NCBI GenBank assembly: GCA_050949315.1
Contig: JBMNFL010000001.1
Coordinates: 32,001 to 96,000, forward strand
DNA: 64,000 nucleotides
From: Bacilli bacterium
Lineage (GTDB): Bacteria > Bacillota_I > Bacilli_A > RFN20 > UBA1709
Direction: 5' to 3'
The position numbers and the translations under genes are program-made. Positions 48,705 through 59,324 of this stretch are shown here, piece after piece. The stretch's first letter is position 1. Each line of letters begins with the position of its first letter. The notes under the pieces were generated by a model. The model did not search any database. It was not told the DNA's origin and saw only the letters and a list, made by a program, of their open reading frames with translations.

Positions 48705-49763
48705 ATGAAGAAAATAATGTTCTTGATTACACTATTTTTAGTTAGTCTAAGCACCGCTTGTACTAGTGGAAATTATCCAACACTTTCGGAAGAGGAAAAG
48801 ATTATTCTTGAAGGTGAATTGGACATTAAACAGGCCCGAAATCTTCGTTATGATATTACGGAAAATGGTGAAAAAGTTGTCCTTGATGAGTTAGGAGAGA
48901 AAGTTGCCATTAAAGAGGGCGAGGCCGGTGATGATTTTGTTCTTTTTATTTATCTAGGTCATTCAGATGATGAATATCTAAGTCCTAGTGATGAGAGTTC
49001 TGTTGATTGTCCTGGCTGTCAGGCTTTTTATCAAGACGTCTTACAGCCTTATATTGAAAAGCATCAAGTTAAGATTTACAGTTGTTATTATCAATACGCT
49101 TATCAATACACCAAAGAAAGTTATAAAAAACCCCATGACAATGCGCCCAAGTTAATCGTTTTTAAGCAAGGAAAAATGGTGGCGCAGGAGAGTCGGGGAA
49201 ATAATGCCAAAGTCTTTGCTTCCGAAGAGGGCTTAGATGAGTATCTAAAGCGGTATGCCTTTTTGCCAACGATGCTTAAAATCAATGATGCTCAATTAGA
49301 TAATCTATTAGCAAGTGAGACCAACAAAATCATCTATTATGGCTGGGCACTATGTGGTGATTGCCATTATTTAGAAAAACATTACTTGCCTGTTTTTTTG
49401 AAAAAACATCCCAATCAAGCTTATTGGTATTACTTTGATACCGATTTCTATCGTTCAAAGAAAATGAGCGAACCTGAGGTTTGGGAGAATTTTGTCCAAA
49501 AGACGGGAATAAATTTAAAAGAAAATGGTGGCAAAGTTCCAACTATCGCTTATTATGAAGGAGGGGAGCTTAAAGCAGCAGCTGTTTATTTCAATGATAA
49601 ATTAGAAAAATTAGAAAGTGGTGCTTATAAAGTTGTCGCTTCTTATTACAGCGATGCCCCATTCATCAATCAAGTTTACGAAACTTATACAGCCTATCAG
49701 GAGGCCACGGCGAACTTTCATAACCAAAAGTTTGCCGAATTTATGGAAGAACATCTTTTATAG
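48705..49763 (+). CDS. lipoprotein with two thioredoxin-like CXXC domains
   Basis: Lipobox STAC; CPGC with later APKLIVF; CGDC with later VPTIAYY (cis-Pro motifs). Confidence 0.7.
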   Translation: MKKIMFLITLFLVSLSTACTSGNYPTLSEEEKIILEGELDIKQARNLRYDITENGEKVVLDELGEKVAIKEGEAGDDFVLFIYLGHSDDEYLSPSDESSVDCPGCQAFYQDVLQPYIEKHQVKIYSCYYQYAYQYTKESYKKPHDNAPKLIVFKQGKMVAQESRGNNAKVFASEEGLDEYLKRYAFLPTMLKINDAQLDNLLASETNKIIYYGWALCGDCHYLEKHYLPVFLKKHPNQAYWYYFDTDFYRSKKMSEPEVWENFVQKTGINLKENGGKVPTIAYYEGGELKAAAVYFNDKLEKLESGAYKVVASYYSDAPFINQVYETYTAYQEATANFHNQKFAEFMEEHLL

Positions 49764-49787
49764 AAAGGTATAGAAAGGGAAAAGGAT

Positions 49788-50540
49788 ATGAATTTATTAG
49801 TTATTGTAGAAATTGCCGGCTTCGGCTTTGGCATCGTCGATTTTGTCTTTATCGGTATTGTTGTGCTTTCAATAGCGATTGGACTTAAAGCTGGCTTCGT
49901 CAACATGATTTTAAAGAATTTTCGCGGTCTTATTTCTTTGGTCGTGGCTTTTTTGCTCTGTAAACCACTGGGCGCATTATTAAAAACAGCAACGGGGACC
50001 CTTGTTTACGACAGAGTTTTAAATTGGATTAATGGTATTGATCCCTTGTTTACTCAAAATTTGCCAGGTGGCGCGGCTAATGAAGCGGCCATTAAAGAGG
50101 GTTTAGACCATCTAAGTTTACCCTCATTTATTGATAACATCATTATTAACACAACTAAGGATACGACAGCGGCCACTTTGGGTGAAGCGATTTCCGATTA
50201 CCTTTCTTATTTAATTTTGATTGTTGTCTCCTTTATTATTATTTTGATTGTGGTAAGAATAGTATTATTCTTATTGCGCAGGACCTTTAGACGTTTGACC
50301 CAAAAACATTTTGTTGGTCGGCTTGATCATTTTTTAGGAGGCGTGCTCGGTGTTGTTTTAGGTGCCGCCTTCATCTGTTTAGTTACATTGGCAATTTCTT
50401 ATGTAACCGCTGCTAACTGGATTGAGGGATTAAGTAGCTTCTTTATTAATGATTTAGGATTAAATGATGCTTCTTATCAATCGGTCAGCAAAATGATTTA
50501 TAACGACAATCCCTTAATTATGTTTTTAAACATGATTTAA
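49788..50540 (+). CDS. CvpA-family membrane protein
   Basis: VDFVFIG...GLKAGF N-terminus and LDHFLGGVLG. Confidence 0.75.
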   Translation: MNLLVIVEIAGFGFGIVDFVFIGIVVLSIAIGLKAGFVNMILKNFRGLISLVVAFLLCKPLGALLKTATGTLVYDRVLNWINGIDPLFTQNLPGGAANEAAIKEGLDHLSLPSFIDNIIINTTKDTTAATLGEAISDYLSYLILIVVSFIIILIVVRIVLFLLRRTFRRLTQKHFVGRLDHFLGGVLGVVLGAAFICLVTLAISYVTAANWIEGLSSFFINDLGLNDASYQSVSKMIYNDNPLIMFLNMI

Positions 50541-52055
<1,515 letters not shown>

Positions 52056-52065
52056 GGGGGATTTT

Positions 52066-53508
52066 ATGTTTGATATCCTAATTATTGGGGCCGGGGTTGT
52101 TGGCTCAGCTATCGCTAGAGAACTTGCGAGGTATCAAGTTAAAGTAGCGGTGTTAGAAAAAGAAAATGATGTCTGTGAAGAGAGTTCAAAAGCCAATAGT
52201 GCCATCGTGCATTCCGGCTACGACCCACTCCCAGGCACTTTAAAAGCTAAACTCAATGTTGAGGGAAATAAATTGTTTGATCAATTGAGTCAAGAACTTG
52301 ATTTTGAATTTGAAAGAATTGGTTCTTTGACAGTAGCGAAAAACAAGGAAGAGTTAGCCGTGCTTGAAGAATTAGTAAAACGCGGTCAAGAAAATGGCGT
52401 TTTTACTCGCATTGTTAAAGATGAAGAATTGCAAGAAATGGAACCATTTTTAGTTGATGAGGCCATCGCTGCCTTATATGCCCCAACAGCCGGTATTGTC
52501 AATCCTTTTGAATATAATGTCGCCTTGATGGAAAATGCCATGGATAATGGTGTCCAACTCTTTTTGAATAATAAAGTTATCTCGATTAATAAAAAGAAAA
52601 ACTATTACGAAGTACTAACTAATAAGGCTATTTATAAGGCCAAAGTAGTTGTTAATGCGGCGGGTCTTTATAGTGGCGAAATCGCTAAGATGATCGGTAA
52701 TGATAGTATAAAAATCACGCCCTTCAAGGGAGAATATTATGTTTTAGACCATTTTGAGCGACCCTTTGTCAAGCACACAATTTTCCCACCACCTTCACAG
52801 GTTGGAAAAGGAATTTTAGTTTCGCCAACGACTCATGGTAATTATCTTCTTGGTCCTAATAGTGTAGAAACAGTGCCAGAAGATAAATCAACCACGGCTG
52901 CTGGTTTAGCCTCCATCAGAGAAGGAGCCCAAAGTTTAGTACAAAAAATTCCTTTCCAAGAAGTTATTCGCTCTTTTGCGGGTCTTAGAGCTAAGGATAT
53001 TTCAGATGATTTTGTTATTGAGGAAGATAAGAAAAATCGAAACTTTTTTCATGTGGCTGGCATTCAGTCTCCAGGTTTGGTTTCTTCACCTGCGATTGCT
53101 AAACTAGTCGTCAGCTTAATTGGAAAGAATATTAAATTAGAATCCAATCCTAATTTTAATCCTTATCGTCGCCCTTTGATTCGTCTAAAGAAAATGCCTT
53201 TAGAAGAAGTTGAAAAACTGATTGCTAAAGATCCGCGTTTCGGTCGTATTATTTGCCGTTGTGAGAAGATTTCTGAAGGAGAAATCGTCGATGTCATTCA
53301 TCGTAACTGCGGCGCGAGAACGGTTAAAGGAATTAAAAAACGTATTCGTCCAGGCTTTGGCAAATGTCAAGGTGGTTTCTGTGAACCTCTATGTGTCAAA
53401 ATTCTTGCCCGTGAGCTCGGCTTAAATGCTTTAGATATTCGTTATGGAACAAAGGATTCATATATTTTAGTCCGTCCAAGTAAGGAGGAAGAACATGAAA
53501 AAGGTTGA
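52066..53508 (+). CDS. FAD-dependent glycerol-3-phosphate dehydrogenase-like protein with C-terminal BFD-like [2Fe-2S] domain
   Basis: GAGVVG, SKANSAIVHSG, ICRCE...GKCQGGFC; follows glpK. Confidence 0.8.
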   Translation: MFDILIIGAGVVGSAIARELARYQVKVAVLEKENDVCEESSKANSAIVHSGYDPLPGTLKAKLNVEGNKLFDQLSQELDFEFERIGSLTVAKNKEELAVLEELVKRGQENGVFTRIVKDEELQEMEPFLVDEAIAALYAPTAGIVNPFEYNVALMENAMDNGVQLFLNNKVISINKKKNYYEVLTNKAIYKAKVVVNAAGLYSGEIAKMIGNDSIKITPFKGEYYVLDHFERPFVKHTIFPPPSQVGKGILVSPTTHGNYLLGPNSVETVPEDKSTTAAGLASIREGAQSLVQKIPFQEVIRSFAGLRAKDISDDFVIEEDKKNRNFFHVAGIQSPGLVSSPAIAKLVVSLIGKNIKLESNPNFNPYRRPLIRLKKMPLEEVEKLIAKDPRFGRIICRCEKISEGEIVDVIHRNCGARTVKGIKKRIRPGFGKCQGGFCEPLCVKILARELGLNALDIRYGTKDSYILVRPSKEEEHEKG

Positions 53509-54745
53509 TTTAGCGATCATTGGTGGTGGCAGTGCTGGGTTAGCGGCCGCGATTAGTGCTTACGATCAGGGTATTAAATCTCTAGTGATATTTGAAAAAG
53601 ATGATCACCTTGGAGGAATCCTTTTTCAATGTATTCATAGTGGTTTTGGTCTACAAGAATTTAAAGAGCAATTAAGCGGCCCTGAATATGCCGAAAGATT
53701 TATTAAACAAGTGGAAGAGCGGAAGATTAAGTATTATCTTGATACTACCGTTTTAGAAATTACTAAGGACAAAGTTTTAACATATTCTAATGCCCTTGAA
53801 GGGATTCAACAAATTCAGGCTAAAGCGATTATCTTAGCCAGTGGTTGCCGTGAAAGAACCAGAGGTTCTATTGATATCCCCGGTGATCGCCCCGCTGGTG
53901 TTATGACAGCTGGTGTGGCGCAACGTTATCTTAATATTGATGGTTATCTACCGGGTGAGCGTATTTTTATTCTCGGTAGTGGGGATGTTGGCTTAATAAC
54001 TGCTCGCCGTCTAGCCTTAGAAGGGGCGAAAGTCTTGGGTGTTGCCGAGTTAATGCCCTATTCCAGTGGTTTAGATCGCAACATCGTTCAATGTCTTGAG
54101 GACTTTTCCATTCCTTTATATTTAAGTCACACCGTGGTTAATGTTGTTGGAAAGGAAAGAGTAGAGAAGGTTGTTATCGCCCAAGTGGACGAACAATTCA
54201 AGCCCATTCCAGGTACGGAAAAAGAGTTTGCGGTTGATACTTTACTTTTATCAGTAGGTTTGATTCCCGATACGGAATTATTAACCCATATTCAAATCCC
54301 CTTGAATAGTAAGACGAGAGGGGCCTTGGTTAATGAATCCTTAGAAACAACAGTGCCTGGCATCTTTACCTGTGGTAATGCCTTGCATGTGCATGATTTA
54401 GTAGACTTTGTCAGTGCGGAAGGTCGAGAAGCTGGTCAAATGGCGGCTTTATATATCCAAGATAATCTAAAAGATGAGGGACCAAAATTAGTGACAAAAG
54501 CCTTAAATGGTGTTAATTATATCATTCCCGCCAGTATTAATCTGAATAGACTATCTAAAGGCGTCAATTTAAAGTTTAGGGTTACAAAACCCTATAAGAA
54601 AGTCAAACTACTAATCAAAGTTAATGGACAAGAAATTAAAAGGGTGTTTAAGCCCGCTATCTTGCCATCAGAAATGGAAAATCTCTTTATTCCTAAAGAA
54701 ATCTTGCCAGCAGAAGGCGAACTGACAGTTGAGGTAGAGACTTAA
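53495..54745 (+). CDS. NAD(P)/FAD-dependent oxidoreductase (partner subunit)
   Basis: GGGSAG, GGIL.QCIH.GFG, GSGDVG, CGNALHVHDLVD. Confidence 0.82.
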   Translation: MKKVDLAIIGGGSAGLAAAISAYDQGIKSLVIFEKDDHLGGILFQCIHSGFGLQEFKEQLSGPEYAERFIKQVEERKIKYYLDTTVLEITKDKVLTYSNALEGIQQIQAKAIILASGCRERTRGSIDIPGDRPAGVMTAGVAQRYLNIDGYLPGERIFILGSGDVGLITARRLALEGAKVLGVAELMPYSSGLDRNIVQCLEDFSIPLYLSHTVVNVVGKERVEKVVIAQVDEQFKPIPGTEKEFAVDTLLLSVGLIPDTELLTHIQIPLNSKTRGALVNESLETTVPGIFTCGNALHVHDLVDFVSAEGREAGQMAALYIQDNLKDEGPKLVTKALNGVNYIIPASINLNRLSKGVNLKFRVTKPYKKVKLLIKVNGQEIKRVFKPAILPSEMENLFIPKEILPAEGELTVEVET

Positions 54746-55755
54746 TGAAAACTTATGCCATTGTTTTAGCAGCCGGTAAAGGGACGCGGATGGAAAGTGT
54801 ATTACCAAAATGCGCCGTCCCCCTTTTTAGTAAGCCGATGATTGAGTACTTAATTGATAGTTTAGAACAAAGTTCAGTAGACAAAATAATCGTGGTAGTT
54901 GGGTACAAAAAAGAAGTCATTGAAAAGCTTTTAAAGCAAAGAGTGCAGTATGTTTTGCAAGAAGAACAATTAGGGACGGGGCATGCCGTTTTATGTGCTA
55001 AAGAGGCCGTTGGCGAAGAAGGCCGCTCCATCATTATCCCTGGCGACACGCCTTTAATTGATTTAGAAATCATCAACAATTTAATAAAAACCCATGAAGA
55101 TGCCCAAAATGCTTTGACTTTAGGCACTATATTTTTAGATCAACCAGGAGCTTATGGAAGGATAGTTCGTTCAGAAACCGGACGTTTTTTAAGGATTGTT
55201 GAAGCTAAAGATGCTGAGCCCGAGATTTTAAAGATTAAAGAAATAAATAGTGGTTTATACTGTGTTGATAATAAGTTTTTGTTTAGTTTTTTAAATCAAG
55301 TAAAAAATAATAATGCTAGTGGTGAATATTATCTAACGGATATCGTTGAAATGATTGCTAATTCGGCTCAAGTTGGTACTTTCACCATCAAGGAAGCCTA
55401 TCGTTTAAAGGGCATTAATGATAAAGAAACACTGCTAGAGGTTGAAAAAGCTATGCAAGAGAAGATTAATTTTGACCTAATGCATAGAGGTATTAAAATT
55501 ATTGACCCAACAAGTGTGAAAATTGGTCCTGATGTCAAGGTAGGAAAAGGGGTCACTATTCATCCTAATTGCAAAATCACCGGCAGGACTTCAATTGGCG
55601 AAGGAGCCACTGTTGGACCAGATAGCGAGTTGCATAATGTTGAATTGGGTGCTAATGTTATCTGCGCTCACGCCACCCTTTGGAATTGTAAGGTTAAAGA
55701 AAATGAAATTGTCCTGCCTTATAGCTGTCAAAAACTAGAGGAGAGCGAAGTCTAA
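54745..55755 (+). CDS. glmU: short GlmU-like N-acetylglucosamine-1-phosphate uridyltransferase
   Basis: LAAGKGTRM, QLGTGHAV, GDTP, EINSG, EYYLTD; only a few hexapeptide repeats, 336 aa. Confidence 0.75.
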   Translation: MKTYAIVLAAGKGTRMESVLPKCAVPLFSKPMIEYLIDSLEQSSVDKIIVVVGYKKEVIEKLLKQRVQYVLQEEQLGTGHAVLCAKEAVGEEGRSIIIPGDTPLIDLEIINNLIKTHEDAQNALTLGTIFLDQPGAYGRIVRSETGRFLRIVEAKDAEPEILKIKEINSGLYCVDNKFLFSFLNQVKNNNASGEYYLTDIVEMIANSAQVGTFTIKEAYRLKGINDKETLLEVEKAMQEKINFDLMHRGIKIIDPTSVKIGPDVKVGKGVTIHPNCKITGRTSIGEGATVGPDSELHNVELGANVICAHATLWNCKVKENEIVLPYSCQKLEESEV

Positions 55756-55756
55756 G

Positions 55757-56284
55757 ATGTATTATGTTGTTCAAGTAAGCACTGGTCAAGAAGCCGAAAC
55801 CATGGAGTTAATCAAAAAGAAAATCAGTCCGGAATTAGTCTTGGATGTCTTTTCTCCGACCCTTAAGTATCGACGCAAATTTAAAACAGGCTGGCGCGAG
55901 GTTACCAAACGCTGTTTTCCTGGTTATATTTTTATTGAAAGTCCCTCTCCACAAGCCCTTTTTTTAGAGCTTTATAAGATTCCTATGTTTACGCGTTTAC
56001 TAGGCAAGGATCGTTCTAGTGATGGCTTTGTACCTTTGACCAAAGAAGAAAGTGACTTAATTGATACTTTAGCTGATAAGAATAATGATCGAACGGTTGA
56101 TATCTCCAATGTTAAAATTAGTGAAGGTCAAATTGTTCATGTTTTAGATGGTCCTTTAAGAGGGCGCTTAGCTAAGGTAGTTAAAGTCAATCTTCATAAG
56201 CGTTTGGTTACCGTTTCTTTTGATATGATGGGGCGAGAAATGACGGTAGATTTAGGAATTAATATTGTTGTCGAAAAAGAATAA
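55757..56284 (+). CDS. loaP: LoaP/UpxY-like NusG-paralog antiterminator
   Basis: YYVVQVSTGQE, FPGYIF NGN domain; KOW motif VLDGPLRG...KVNLHKR; not in the secE-nusG-rplK context. Confidence 0.75.
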   Translation: MYYVVQVSTGQEAETMELIKKKISPELVLDVFSPTLKYRRKFKTGWREVTKRCFPGYIFIESPSPQALFLELYKIPMFTRLLGKDRSSDGFVPLTKEESDLIDTLADKNNDRTVDISNVKISEGQIVHVLDGPLRGRLAKVVKVNLHKRLVTVSFDMMGREMTVDLGINIVVEKE

Positions 56285-56305
56285 AGGTTACTTTGTAACC
56301 TTTTT
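56283..56305 (+). terminator. intrinsic terminator after the loaP-like gene
   Basis: AAAGGTTAC-TTT-GTAACCTTTTT. Confidence 0.7.
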
Positions 56306-56409
56306 AATTATCACTGATTAGTTTTTTAGTAGTTTTTTAGTTTATCTCTTTTAATTTATAAAAAGACTTGTTATAATTACAAGTAATTACGGTACTAAAA
56401 AGGTTAAGG

Positions 56410-58194
56410 ATGGTGTCGAAAGTAATGTCCAAAACTAATTTTGCCCAGCGTTTTACAGATTATGAATATTCTTCTAAGCGGGAAATCGCGGAGATTTTAG
56501 GTCCATCATATGTGGAAAGTGTTTGGCGTTTAACCTGTGACTATCGGGAAAAATATCGTTTTCCGCTGGCTTTGAAACGCTTTGATAACTTTCCTTTTAC
56601 GGTGGTTTTAACTCCGGCGATTATGGCCCATGCCAATACGGCTGAACGTAAAATGTTTGAGTATAGTATCCTTTATGAAAATTATCGTAACCGTGAAAGT
56701 ATTTCTGAAGATAAGGTTCTTCAAGCGTATAAAGAAGAAATCGTTAAAGCCGATCTTTTAGCCTTGGCGCACAATGCTGATTTAGAAGTAGGCGAGCGTG
56801 ATATTGATTTAATGTTAGAGCCAACTTCTTTGCATCTTAAAGAAAGTCAGATTTACGGCTACTATAAGGCCTTACAGTATTTAACAACTGAGGCAACTTC
56901 TTATACCTTTAGTCGTAATGTTTTACGCGATACCTATAACAAAATTGTCCATAGTAGTGACAAAATGTTGCGTTATCGTGAGAAAGAAGCTTTCATTGAA
57001 GATGTAGCTGATCTCAATCCCAAAGATATCAAAGGAGCGCCCAGCAATCGGATTATTGAATTTATGGATCAGCTCTTTAACTTTTATGAGTCTGATTTTG
57101 AACTTTCGCCTTTTATTATTGGCTCGATTATGTATGCCTATATCCTCTATATTTTGCCCTTTGAAAAATATTCTAGTTATGTGGCCTGTTTAGTTTTACA
57201 AAAGATTTTAGCCGAAAAGGGCTATGGGGAGGCTTGTTTCTATTTGTCTTTGCCCCAGTCCTTAGTTAAGAAAAGTGCTAAATTAAAAGAGGCTTATGAA
57301 AATAGTCGTTTAAGTGGCGATCTTACTTACATCATCATCTTTCTCTGTAATTTGATGCGGGATGCTTTAAATTGGAAAATAACGAATATCCAAACTTTAG
57401 AATTACCTCAGCCTATTCGTGATGAAGTTAAAGTAGTGGAAAAAGTAGTGGAAGTTCCAGTAGAAAGAACGATTGAAGTTATTCGCGAAGTCATTAAAGA
57501 GGTCAAGGTTCCGGTTGAAAAAATTGTCTATGTTGAGCGGCCAGCTAGTTCTAATGTGACAGCCGCTGGTACTACTAATCCTTCTTTAGCAAAAGAAAAA
57601 GACCCCTATGCTAATGTCGACACCTTAAAACTCGGTGAAAAGATTGAGATTGAGAAGGTGGAAGAAGAGCAGAAGATTCGTGAATATCCACGTCCGCCTG
57701 AGCATAAGGCTACCCAATTTGATTTCATGGAAGATCCTTTTGCCAGCAAATTACCAGTTTATGAAACTCCCAAAGCGAGTAAAGAAGTTCTAAAGCCGAA
57801 TGTTCCTACTGAAACGATCCGTCAGGAAGAACCTAGTTATACTCCCGAAGAGCCTTCTGAGAGTCCAGATACTGAAGTTAAGAAAGCGGAAATTTTACAT
57901 GATGATATGCGCGAGGCGGTTGCCAAACTTATCGATTTACCACCTGAGCAGATGGCTAAAGGCCTAATTGAAATCAATCCTTTGATTCGCTATCACCAGG
58001 CCTCCTTTTATGCCCATCATCATGATTTTGGTCGTTATTATACCATTAGTCAGTTCAAAAAGTTTGCCAATTGCGCTTATGAAACGGCCAGAACTTCCAT
58101 GGAATGTTTAGTTTCTTTATGTCTCTACCGTAAAGAACAGTTAAAGAATAAATTTGTTTATACTCCGACCGCTATTAAAGAACAAGACAAATAA
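56410..58194 (+). CDS. degenerate Fic-like protein with a VEK/VPV repeat linker and C-terminal HTH
   Basis: Fic-like helical core with ILPFEKYSSY at the catalytic-loop position; VEKVVEVPVE-type repeats; YTISQF...YETARTSM HTH-like end. Confidence 0.55.
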   Translation: MVSKVMSKTNFAQRFTDYEYSSKREIAEILGPSYVESVWRLTCDYREKYRFPLALKRFDNFPFTVVLTPAIMAHANTAERKMFEYSILYENYRNRESISEDKVLQAYKEEIVKADLLALAHNADLEVGERDIDLMLEPTSLHLKESQIYGYYKALQYLTTEATSYTFSRNVLRDTYNKIVHSSDKMLRYREKEAFIEDVADLNPKDIKGAPSNRIIEFMDQLFNFYESDFELSPFIIGSIMYAYILYILPFEKYSSYVACLVLQKILAEKGYGEACFYLSLPQSLVKKSAKLKEAYENSRLSGDLTYIIIFLCNLMRDALNWKITNIQTLELPQPIRDEVKVVEKVVEVPVERTIEVIREVIKEVKVPVEKIVYVERPASSNVTAAGTTNPSLAKEKDPYANVDTLKLGEKIEIEKVEEEQKIREYPRPPEHKATQFDFMEDPFASKLPVYETPKASKEVLKPNVPTETIRQEEPSYTPEEPSESPDTEVKKAEILHDDMREAVAKLIDLPPEQMAKGLIEINPLIRYHQASFYAHHHDFGRYYTISQFKKFANCAYETARTSMECLVSLCLYRKEQLKNKFVYTPTAIKEQDK

Positions 58195-58235
58195 GTTTTT
58201 GATATGCGGAAAGTTATGATTGAGGAAGTGGCACA

Positions 58236-59324
58236 ATGAATAAGGCAATAGCCCTTTATGTTCATGTGCCTTTTTGTCGTAATATTTGTTTTTATTGCGA
58301 TTTTTGCAAGGTTTTTTATCAAGAAGAAGCGGCAAATCGCTATCTTGATACTTTAGAAAGAGAACTAGAAGGCAAGAACTATTGGTTTAAGAGTATTTAT
58401 CTTGGTGGTGGCTCGCCTTCTTCTTTAAAGGCTTATCAGTTGGAGCGTTTGTTAAGGATGCTTAGTAAGTATAAGAGCGAAAGCAGCTCTTTTTGTATTG
58501 AACTAAATCCTGAGGATATGGATGATGAAAAACTAAGCCTTCTTAAACAATATGGCATTAATCGTGTGAGTATCGGGATCCAAACCTTTGATGATAAGCT
58601 CTTAGAAAAACTAAATCGCCAGCACAATAAACAAATGGTTTTTAAATTAATAGAAGACTTGCGTAATTTAGAGATTTTTGATATCAATGGTGATTTAATG
58701 TATGCTCTACCGAATCAAAAAAGAACGCAACTTCTAGCCGATTTAAAAATTATGGTTGAGGATTTAAAATTACCTCATATTTCAACCTATGCTCTAAGCA
58801 TTGAGAAAAACACTTATTTTGCCGTTAAAAAAGTTTCAGCCCTCAGCGATGATGAAGCAGCGGAGCAATATGCTTTAATAGGCGAATATTTAAGAAAAGC
58901 TAATTACGAACACTATGAGGTTAGCAATTTTGCTAGGAAGGGCTATGAATCAAAACATAACCTTGTTTACTGGCATGCTGAAGAATATATTGGCCTTGGT
59001 CCAGGCGCTAGTGGTTATGAAAAAGGAGTTCGTTATCAAGTTTCCTCTAGTGTCAGTGCCTATTGTGCCGGGAAGATTACCAAAAGCCACGAAGAAATAG
59101 GCCTTGATGAGCAGGCTTATGAACGGATTATTCTTAGTTTACGTTTAAAAGAAGGTTTAGATATTGAAAAGTATAATCAAGATTTTCAACGGGATTTTCT
59201 TAAAGATTATGAAAAAGTAATAGCCAAACTTTTAAAAGATCAGCTGGTTGTAATTAAAAGAAAGCATTTAATTGTTAAAGAGGATAAACTTTTTATTCTT
59301 AATCGTATTCTCTGTGAATTTTAA
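58236..59324 (+). CDS. hemW: radical SAM heme chaperone HemW (HemN-like)
   Basis: YVHVPFC..IC.YCDF, GGGSPS, YEVSNF, HNLVYW. Confidence 0.9.
   Translation: MNKAIALYVHVPFCRNICFYCDFCKVFYQEEAANRYLDTLERELEGKNYWFKSIYLGGGSPSSLKAYQLERLLRMLSKYKSESSSFCIELNPEDMDDEKLSLLKQYGINRVSIGIQTFDDKLLEKLNRQHNKQMVFKLIEDLRNLEIFDINGDLMYALPNQKRTQLLADLKIMVEDLKLPHISTYALSIEKNTYFAVKKVSALSDDEAAEQYALIGEYLRKANYEHYEVSNFARKGYESKHNLVYWHAEEYIGLGPGASGYEKGVRYQVSSSVSAYCAGKITKSHEEIGLDEQAYERIILSLRLKEGLDIEKYNQDFQRDFLKDYEKVIAKLLKDQLVVIKRKHLIVKEDKLFILNRILCEF

Noticed and set aside
55757-56284. Housekeeping nusG
   Set aside because: The motifs (VQVSTGQE, KVNLHKR) and context fit a LoaP/UpxY paralog better, and secE and rplK are not adjacent.
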